A DNA stretch of 64,000 nt from Eledone cirrhosa. Taxonomy: Eukaryota. This document shows positions 54,172 to 64,000 of the stretch, piece by piece. The translations under genes and the position numbers were made by a program. The first letter of the stretch is position 1, and every line of letters begins with the position of its first letter. The stretch is taken from positions 206,522,001 through 206,586,000 of the forward strand of contig OZ024741.1 of the NCBI GenBank assembly GCA_964016885.1, in the 5' to 3' direction. The notes beneath the pieces were generated by a model that was given only the letters and a program-made list of their open reading frames with translations, made no database searches and was not told the DNA's origin.

Positions 54172-57100
54172 TGTTCTTAGTGCGCCAAATCCTTTTTACC
54201 TCCCACTTTAAGTCCTGGTATCGGTTAATTTTCTCCCTCTCCTTCTCTTGCACTCTCGTGTCGAATGGGCAGGCCACATCCACAATCAGACACGATCTTT
54301 TTTCCTTGTCCAAAACCACCAAGTCAGCTCTATTGCGTTCCAGTTTCTTGTCCGTCTGTTTCCTAAAATCCCACAGCACCTTCACCTGATCGTTTTCTAT
54401 CACCGACTCTGGCTTATGCTCATACCACTTTTCAGAATGTGGTAAATTGTTTACTTTGCATAGGTGCCAGTGGATCACCCTGCCCATCAGATCATGTCTC
54501 CAGCCTTTATAGTGCGTCTGGGCTAGGTGTTTACACTCGGATACAATGTGAGCCACAGTCTCCTCTCTCTCTCCACAGATCCTGCACAGTGGGCTAGCCT
54601 CATCCTTGTAAATATGGTGTTTCAACCACTTCGTTTTGAGGGCCTGCACTTGCGCAGCCATTAGCATTCCTTCTGTAGCCTGTTAAGGTCTCCTCTTTTC
54701 AACCAGTTCCATGTCTGTGGATCGCTGAATTCAGTTTTTTTAAAGAAGGTACTATGAAGGGATTTTTCATGAAGGCTGCTCTTTCTCCTTGTTGTTATTT
54801 CCTCCTTGGACATCCCCTGGTCTATTGTCCTCTTCTTCCGTACAATTCTGAGCATTGGCTCCTTACTATCAGTCACGTATTTGTGTAGGTTGTTTTTCTC
54901 CATCTGAACACAGTCCTCTATGCTGATAAGACCTCTTCCACCTTCAGATCTCGTTAAGTAGAGTCTATCGACATCACTCCTCTTGTGGAACATGTTGTAG
55001 ATAGACAATAGCTTCATAGTTTTCCTATCGATTTCTTTTTGTTCTGCAACATTCCATCTCAGAATTCCTGTACTGTACCTAATAATAGACACAGCTCGGG
55101 AATTTACTGCACTTATGGCATTCCTACTGTTCATGTGTGACTTTAATACGCTCCTTATTCTCCGAATGTATCCAGATCTTATTAATTCCTTCATCTTTTT
55201 GTTCTTGATATCATCAGCCTCCAGAACACCCGAATACTTGTATCCTTCTTCAGTGTCAATTTCCTTTATCATCTCACCTGCTGGTACCTGGATTCCGTTG
55301 CTTCTGCTCAATAAACCCTTCTTCATCACAAGGACTCCACACTTACTAATACCAAATTGCATACATATATCATTGCTGAAAATACGGACAGTGTCAACAA
55401 GCACATCCAACTCCTTCTCACTCTGCCCGAAGAGCTTAAGATAGTCCATGAAGTGGAGGTGATTGATGGTAAGCTCTCCCTTTCCCAACTTGTATCCTGC
55501 TCTCACTTTTTGCAGTATAATGGTCAGGGGCATCAAGGCAAGGACAAACAACAGACGGGACAGACTATCTCACTGGAAGATACCTCTCTTGATCTTCACG
55601 CCTCCCAAGGATTCTCCAGCTGATGTTAACTCTGTTTTCCAGGACTTCATACTTTTGCCAAACAACTGTCTGATGTTATCTGCCACCTTGAAGATCTCTA
55701 GGATTTTGGTGATCCAAGAATGAGGCACCATGTCAAATGGCTTTTTGTAGTCTATCCATCCCATGGCAAGACCAGTGTGTCTCCTCTTGCAATTCCTCAT
55801 TACCATCTTATCAATAAGTAACTGGTCCTTTGTACCATGGGACTTCTTTCGGCATCCTTTCTGTTCGCCCGGTAACAAGTTGTTTGTGTGGAGGTGATGG
55901 TAGATTTCCTCAGACATAATGCTTGTCAACAGTTTCCACATTACGGACAGACATGTGATAGGTCTATAGTTGGTAACATCATTACCCTTGATTCGGTCTT
56001 TCATTACCAGAACACTGGTACCTTTTGTCAACCACTCTGGTACTTCACCTGACATCAAGTAGTCATTGCACATGTTGTCAGTTTCGTGTGGAGGGATGTT
56101 ATATTTTTAATCCAATTCCCCTGCACACCATCTGGGCCTTGTGATTTCCAGTTGGTTAGTTTTTTGGCCTGCCCCTTAAGGGTTTCAACTGTGATACTCA
56201 AATCAATTTGTTGGTGTGCCTTTTAACTAATCTCCTTTTGTACTGTCTCAATCCACACTGCCTGGTCATTATGTTTAACATCCTGCTCCCATATTCCTCT
56301 CCAGAATGTCTTAGTTTGTTACGCCTCAGGGATCAAGTCGTTGCCTCTTTCTTTCCCTTCAAGCTGTCCAAACAGCATCTTTCGGTTGTTGTCAAACATA
56401 CGGTTCTGTCTTTACTGACTGACTCTGCTCTCGTATCGCCTAATTTTTGTATTCTTTGCTATAATGCGTTGCTTCAGTTCCTCTATGATAATATTTAGCT
56501 TTTTCCTCCTAGTTTTGTACTTTATTTCCAGTCTATTTTTGTGTCTATGTTTTGTAATGTCCCATTCAGTAGGGACTCAAGCTTTCCAATATCCTTTCTC
56601 ATTTCCCTGATTTGACCATTCAGTCGTTTCTTCCACCAAGGTTCTGATCTTTCTTGTTTGTTGTTTCCTCTCGCTTTTATGCCAAGTAATTTCCTCACCG
56701 CATTTGCTGTTGCTTTGAGGATATTGTTGCACTGGTGAAGGCTCCTCGCCTCAAGGTATGGGATGACTTTGTTTACCTTAGCTGTTGTTTCTTTTAACTT
56801 TTTCCTGTCTACAAATCTTAGGTTCATAGGTTTCCCACTATCATTGTTCAATTCATCTACCACTAAGTTTAGGATATCAACCAAATCTTGTCCTAGCCCG
56901 TCAGCATTCATCTCCTCAATGGCCGTATCTTTGTTCCAGTTATTATTTATTTCAGCATTCAGATTATTGTCTGCTTCGGATGGTTCCTGCGTTCTCTCAA
57001 CCTCTTCACCTTCATTTCCCACTGGCTCGTTTGCCTGGCATACTCCACTCTCCATTTCCAACCTAATCTCTCTGCTCAGTTCCTCCAGTTCCAGCTCGCT

Positions 57101-57393
57101 TATCCACCCATTAGTTCTTATTACCCGAGCCTGCCCGGCCAATTTTTGTTCATCTAATTTAAATAGACCAATCTCGTTCCAGATGTTATGCATCCGTTTC
57201 CTATAGCCTTTCTCCTTGGGGTTACTCTTCAGGTAACATTGCATAACAGTTCTATTCAATTCTTTCGTTCAGTTGGTTCTGGTCCCTTTCCTTCTTCTTC
57301 TTCCACCGACACCAGCAGTATTTGGTTGACAGCCAGGTCCCTGCTGCTGAGCCAGGGAGCACCTGCTGGGTGAGAGTCTGTAACATGACATTC
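54172..57393 (-). mobile_element. R4/Dong-clade non-LTR retrotransposon (copy A), frameshifted and 3'-truncated
   Basis: N-terminal GYRKRM..IW..EQKL..Q..I...GW; [38 protein letters not shown]; CRIC...ETVAHIVSEC; RLE RADL..IVDVACP.D..EK..RY.DL. Confidence 0.9.
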
Positions 57394-57396
57394 CAT

Positions 57397-57443
57397 TAGT
57401 AATGCACTGGGTAATTGCTGGCCTTGTGCCTAAAGTAGAAACA

Positions 57444-57496
<53 letters not shown>
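57397..57496 (+). mobile_element. SINE 3' fragment with long (ATT)n tail
   Basis: agtaatgcactggg...agtagaaaca(att)n. Confidence 0.85.
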
Positions 57497-57497
<1 letters not shown>

Positions 57498-57695
57498 AGG
57501 CGGTGAATTGGCAGTATCGGTAGAGGGCTGGACGCCATGCTTTCTAGCATAGTTACGTCCCTTTACGGTCTGAGTTCAAATCCCGCCAAGGTTAACTTTG
57601 CCTTTCATCCTTACGGGGTCGATAAAATAAAGTACCAGTAATGTACTGGTTAATTGCTGGCCTTGTGCCTAAAGTAGAAACAATTATTATTATTA
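57498..57695 (+). mobile_element. tRNA-derived SINE, full length
   Basis: A box TGGCAGTATCGG, B box GAGTTCAAATCC, central gcctttcatccttacggggtcgataaa (resembles the MetaSINE/Sauria-type core), (ATT)n tail. Confidence 0.92.
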
Positions 57696-57699
57696 TTTT

Positions 57700-60410
57700 T
57701 ATTGCATTTATCTTGCTTTATTGTTCATACGAGTTATCACCAAGTCACAACCAGTGACCTCAAAAGACAACAATGTCCGCCATGTTCAAGAAAGAACATA
57801 CATATTCACACATGCATCTTTAGTGTTTAGACTTGTGATGTACTTATATTGACAGAATCTTCCTTAGTATATGGGCAGTTCCCATTAATACTATCTTTTG
57901 TATTTCTCCTATACGCGGGTTTCCTGGGATTTGCAATATGTAATCATTAGACCCCTTAGGTATCATTCCCAGAGCGCCTACAACCACTGGTATTGTTTTA
58001 GTTCTCAATTTCCACATTTTTCCAATTTCTATCTCCAGGTCCTTATACTTGCTCAATTTTTCAAATGTTTTTATAGATACATTCTTGTCTATTGGAACAG
58101 ACATATCAATTAGCAGGCATACCCTCTTTTGAAAGTCTTTCAATATTATATCAGGTCTGTTTGCATCTATTTTTCGGTCTGTTTGGATGCTAAAGTTCCA
58201 CAAGATTGAGATGTGATCTTTTTCAAGTATGGGAGGTGGTTGATGCTCCCACCAATTCTTTTGATGGGGCAGGTCAAAATGCTTACACATTATCCAATGT
58301 ATGTATTGTGCAGCTCTGTCATGCCTGTTTAGGTATTCGGTTAGAGCTATAGGACTGCACATTGAAATTATATGGTCAATGGTCTCTGTTTTTTTTTTGC
58401 ATACACGGCATAATGGGCTGCACCCATTTTTTATTATGTTGGCTTGGTAATTTTTTGTTGGCAGACACTGATCTTGTGCCGATATAATCAGTCCTTCAGT
58501 CTCCGATTTCAGTCCAGAGGATGCCAACCACTGATGGGTTAAAGTTTTGTCAACATCAGGATTGTTAGCTCGCTCTGGGTATTTTCCATACAGAGGCTTT
58601 TCTTGCCATTTCTTAGCCAGTTTCTGTAGCAGTTCTTTCTTTGCAGTTACTTTTACCTGCTTTGCTTTTTCTGTGTTTTCCATTTCAGCAGTAAATGTGA
58701 CTTCTGAAATTTGTAGTCCATTACTGTATCTTTGTGCATCTTTTGTAATGGAATATGATCTTTTGATGCTTTCGTGTTTCAAAACGAGTTTGATCATCCA
58801 ATCATGTGATTCCCTTAGATATGTAGATAATCCAATTGTTGCAGTTTTCAACGCAATATCTAACTGGATTAACCCACGTCCTCCTTCTTTCCTAGGGAGA
58901 TATATTCTATCTATATCTGCCTTAGGGTGATGCATTCTGTGCATGGTTAAGAATTTTCGAATTTTTGTATCGAGCCTACGGATCTCTGTGCTTGACCAGT
59001 TGATGACATTGTAACTGTAGGTTACTACTGGTATGGCAAGCGTGTTTATGGCATCGATCCTATTCCTTGCATTCAATTCCGTTCTTAAGATTGCTCTTAC
59101 TCTGCGGTAACATTCCTTCCTTATCCTTTCCCACATTGTCGAGTGCTTGATTCCGTCTCCTTCACAAACACCTAGATATTTGTTAGTTTCCTCTTGATTA
59201 AGTTCTCTTATCACATTCCCCCCGATCAAGATTAATGTCTGAACTTTTCAGCAGCTTTCCTCTGGTGAACGTTGCTTTGGCGCATTTATCTAGTCCAAAC
59301 GCCATCTTAATGTCATCACTGAACTGCTTCACAGTGGATAATAGCCCTTGCAATTGTTCATCATTTTTTGCAAATAGTTTCAGGTCATCCATGTAGAACA
59401 AGTGATTAATGGTTTTGTCATAGACTTTATATCCATGTTTTTTTTCATTGAGCATTTTACTTATTAATGGTATAAGTGCGATGCAGAATAATAACGGTGA
59501 TAAATAGTCACCCTGAAAAATTCCACAATTAATATTAACTTTTTCAGCTTCCAGTGATTCCTTTTCACTATTCAAAAGGAGTGTCGTTTTCCATGTCTTC
59601 ATACTGAATGATAAGAACCTGCTGACAACGGGAGATATTTTGAAAATCTCTAAACATTTTTCAATCCAACTGTGTGGCAAACTATCGAATGCTTTTTTAT
59701 AATCTATCCAAGCAATTGATAGATTTTTGTGTCTATTATGACAATCTTCCAGTATCATTTTGTTAACCAAATGCTGATCCTTACAGCCATATGAGCCTCG
59801 TTTACACCCTTTCTACTCAATGGGAATTGGGTCATTTGTTATCAGGTGGTCATATATATATTCAGTTAGGACTGATGTTAAAATTTTATACATTGTGGTC
59901 AAGCAAGTTATCGGTCGTAATTTTTGGGATTGTTTGTCTCATCATTCTTCGGAAGCAGGAATATAATGCCGTTAACTAGCCATGATGGTATCTTTTCTGG
60001 CTCCTTAACTATTTCATTGTAAAGTTGGGCTAACAGCTCATGAGACTCTGTGAAGGCATTTATCCAAAAATTTGGATTTTGTCTTTTTCTGGGGATTTCC
60101 ATTTGCTGGTTTTTCTAAGAGCCAAACGCAACTGTTCAACCGTTATATTTTTCCATATTTGTTCCTCAAGGTGAGCTGTATCTCTCATTTGTCTGTCTAT
60201 CCATGGGGCATGTATATTATGAACTTTTTCTTCGGCCCAGATCTTTTCCCAGAATTCTTGCACATCCTCCTTGGGTGGTATTGATTTAGCAGTTATTGTT
60301 GACTTACCAATTTTTCTGTAGAAGTTTCTTTGGTTAATTTTGAACATATTGTCCTTATAGAATCTAGATCGTTTTTCAAAGCGAATTTCTCTGTTTCCTT
60401 TTCTCACAGA
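57700..60410 (-). mobile_element. R4/Dong-clade retrotransposon (copy B), 5'-truncated, with 3' UTR
   Basis: [37 protein letters not shown]...ETIDHIISMC, RPDII..LIDMSVP.D..EK.SKY.DL, PVVVGALG; stop at 57844; ends in (TAA)n. Confidence 0.92.
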
Positions 60411-61223
60411 ATATTAAGATAATAATGTAAGACATATATGCCATACGCGTCAATTAAACGAAGAAATATTTGCAGAATATGGACTTAGTAATTCTAGTTA
60501 AATATGTGTGAAGATAGTTCGTTTTATTGGATTTATCTTTCATTTGGTTTTCTTTTATTTATCATAACTCCTTCCATGGCTAAAATTTAATTTTTGTGAA
60601 TTTCGACCATTTATGAAGACTACCACAGCTAGCATATCATATTGCTGCCAGCGGTAACAGTGTATGGCCAATTTGTATCAATCACCTGAATTTTATTGGC
60701 GTAAAAACTACTGAAATATTTATTTCTTGTTAGATTTCGCAGTACTTAAAGATATGTGGAGTATATGAAAATTTAACAATTCTGACAAATGTGTGAAATA
60801 TTTGCACATAATAGGAACTGTTAAGGCATTTATAGTTTTAAATCATGTGCGCCAGCACAAAAATACACACATAGATGCACACAAGAAAATTCATACATGC
60901 ACACACATACGCATAATTTGCATCGAATTAAGCATACATAACTATACTCAATCCTTTACATAATGTACAAACATACACGCATACACAGAGTTATAGTACT
61001 CAAGCTTACATTCATGCATTTACACACAACCGCATATATATACCGAGATACATGGATAAACAGAATCACACATACTCACAAACACACATATTACTTCCGG
61101 ATTAGCCTCTTTCAAGTAAATTTACGATAAAGCCATTCCAGATACATGTATTCCATGTTTTTTTAATATGTTTTCATTATGTTTTCATATACATTATCCA
61201 ATTTAGGAGGGGCAGGTGTGATT

Positions 61224-61262
<39 letters not shown>

Positions 61263-61270
61263 ACACACGC

Positions 61271-61317
<47 letters not shown>

Positions 61318-61999
61318 TGTATGGAGGTGTGCATACTTGTTGAGGCGTAGCAATTTGTGTGTGTCTGTGTAGGTGGGATTTCAAACTTTATCGATTACCA
61401 AAATGTATTTATTGAATTCGACGAGTTATTGTTTCCGCAACATGAACTGAACACAATGACCCCACGAGTATGAACATGCATCAGTCACGGTTGGTTTTAA
61501 TTGAAGAGTTTTGTTTTCACTTCTAATATGGAATAATTGCCATTTTAGACACCGTCAAATGCTACCAGGTAAACAAGTCTTCTCAGACTTGTAAATAAAC
61601 AGATAAAAAATGTATGGATCGAGGTAGAGCCAAATGTTAATAGCTTAGTCAGAGGATAAAGAACCCCAACGATTTCAAGTCCTCCGGGACAGGTAGAAGA
61701 TAGAAAGAAGTCATCTTCAGTCTGGAGACCCTGCATGAGCCATTAGTGCAGAATAGATTTTCCCTTAAGTCCCTCAGGGAGCAGATTTGTCTGTCCAGAC
61801 ATGGACGACCCCACTAAAGTTCATTTTAGGCAAGTTTCCTCCGGCCACGTTTCACTCACAGTGCTTGTATAGACCCAAACTTTGTGAAGTACGTTCCCCT
61901 GATGCTGTACGTGACGGAATTATCAAACACATAGCCCGATTCATTGCTACCATTTAAAAGTCATGCTTTGTTTATTCTAAAATACAATAGATAATCGAA

Positions 62000-62820
62000 G
62001 AATTTTGTCATACAACTAGGACATCTATGTTTACATATGAAGGGCTCAATGGCTCAAGGGCTCATTCTCCTCCTTTAATGATTACAATCCCACACCCAGA
62101 CTATAATTATATGAAACACAACTGGTTCATTTCCCTAATCCTGAACCCATAAAAATCAACGCGATGAAATATATTTGATGAACCAACTAGTGGTACCACA
62201 GAAATCCATCAATATACTAGGCATCTGGTTACAATCTGATTGGAATTGTGAAACTCATTTCAAACACACACTGAAAATATGATTTCAACATGGCCTGCAA
62301 TTAAAGTAATCTCAAAGAAATTCTACTGCTTAACATACAACCACTTGAGACTGTATAATAAGGGAGTCATTAATGCTCAATTGTATAACAGCTGTGGTTA
62401 TGAACACAAAAGTACAAGCTCCCTTCAAGGTATTGATAGGTTCCGTACCCAAATTGGTAAACTTATATTGTAATATCTAAGATCTACTCCCAAGATAGCG
62501 ACTTTTCACCAAGCAGGGTTAAATCCAACTCACTTGTTGATAGAAGAGTCCAGGAAACCCAAACTGCTAACTGCGCAGTTTAAATGCAAAAGAAAACAGC
62601 ATGGTACTTAGCTTCCTCCATGAGCTGAACAATTTAAATCGTTTAAAATCATGATTAAAAACACAAAGCAGGAAGCAAAAGAACTCCATAATACTATCAC
62701 ATGGTCAATCTCTTTTCAGCTGGGTCTGCTACAGAGCCGGTGCACATTCACTCAAGGGTGTGGGTTGTGGAGTTACTAAAATAATTATAGAGATATGAAC
62801 TTAAGATTACATCGGTATTA
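62000..62820 (+). pseudogene. Decayed LINE RT C-terminal fragment (Jockey/I-group-like)
   Basis: NQLVVPQKSINILGIWLQSDWNCETH resembles KYLGIxLDxxLxWxxH; then LRLYNKGVI. Confidence 0.45.
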
Positions 62821-63224
62821 CATTATATTTGATGCAGAGTGGTGGGGGAATTACATTATCCATATATTCAGCTAAGAATTGCCCCGGAAAAATGATTTTC
62901 TATCGAACCTAGAACTGTTTCAATCAAGAAAAAGGGGTCGAGTTAGAGATATTGAGAATGCTTTGCTAAAGGTAGATAACTACCTCTCAGAAAATAATAA
63001 ATAATAAATAACAGTGATTTAGAAATATGTTCTATTCAGACTTTAAATAAGCCCTAAAAACGCCGTATATCTATATAGTGTCCCTACGACTCCCTCGGGT
63101 GTTACGAGACCATGGCATGGACACACACACACGCACACACGCACACATGCACACATTTATATATATATATATAATTTTATTCAAAATATTAACAAATGAA
63201 AAATATTCTCATAATCAAAATACA

Positions 63225-63290
63225 TACTTTATTATATATATTTCAAAGGTACTGTGTAGTTTTTTCAGTACGTCCTCATCAGACAAAATA
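63225..63290 (-). ncRNA. Minimal hammerhead ribozyme, same family as 5154-5219
   Basis: tattttgt-CTGATGA-ggacgtactg...cagtaccttt-GAAA-tatat-ATA^ataaagta; flanks 63178-63298 and 63522-63560 match 5104-5229 and 5449-5520. Confidence 0.75.
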
Positions 63291-63558
63291 TATGATTTGA
63301 TATATGACATACCGCTACGGTCTTGATTATTCAATTCCAGTATTGGCAGTGATTTATTTCATCAAATCTCAACGTTTATGTACCACAAATAATATGATAA
63401 ACTTAAAGAAGAAAAGGACGTAGAACAAATTAGAGATATAAGAGAGGGTGTAAAGAAGAGAAAATGCAAGAAAAAAAATAAATACAAATTTGTTGAGTGC
63501 TTCTAATCTGTTGTGAAATTGTATTCATTGAGTAATCAACGAACCATACTAATCTTTG

Positions 63559-63606
<48 letters not shown>

Positions 63607-64000
63607 CAAGATGTATGGTTGGTCGTATGTGAATCGCGATGATCACGTCTGACCTACCAAATATGCGACGGTAGCTAGTTAAGCTCTATGCGTATAAGCA
63701 GAGCAGAACTTCGTAAATTTTCTGAAATTTGTTAACGAGATCTCTGGGGAAGAAAGTTTTTTTCTTTCGAAAGAAATTTTTTTCTCTCAAGGGAACTTCT
63801 TGGGAAACTATATTTTTTTAGGGAAACTTTATATCTTTATTTTTTTATTTTATTTTATTAGTCTCTTAATCTCTTCTAGTTTGTTAAGTTTATTGGGGCT
63901 TGTAAGCTTTATGCACTTATTGAGGGATTTTTTAAGGTGCTTCTACGAGATCCCAAGTCTTTTACTTTTAATGCGTAAATTATAAATTATCTAATTTTTA

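Noticed and set aside
57498-57590. tRNA gene candidate with A and B boxes
   Set aside because: It is the head of a multi-copy SINE with no full cloverleaf
63604-64000. Possible 5' end of another element after (TA)n
   Set aside because: Cut off by the window edge with no diagnostic motif

Overview
Eukaryotic, very AT-rich, microsatellite-dense DNA with no host-gene exon that I can support. The repeat content suggests an octopod cephalopod (inference). Most ORF-track entries are (TA)n/(TG)n/(AG)n artefacts. The real content is decayed mobile DNA: several Penelope-like element (PLE) remnants with GIY-YIG or RT motifs; eight recognisable hammerhead ribozyme (HHR) folds plus degenerate ones, including a 467-bp tandem retrozyme-like unit; a Chapaev3 transposon with TIRs and TTA TSD; mariner, Tigger and CRE fragments; a nest of Helitrons; an RTE LINE split by two Helitrons; two tandem L1/Tx1 LINEs sitting in (TATC)n plus a third Tx1 fragment; two R4/Dong LINEs in (TAA)n tails; and six copies of one tRNA-derived SINE. 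Best leads: a possibly (TATC)n-specific Tx1 family, a SINE 3' tail resembling the Tx1 3' end, and the diverse PLE-type HHRs. All calls were read by eye, so element boundaries are approximate unless termini are quoted.
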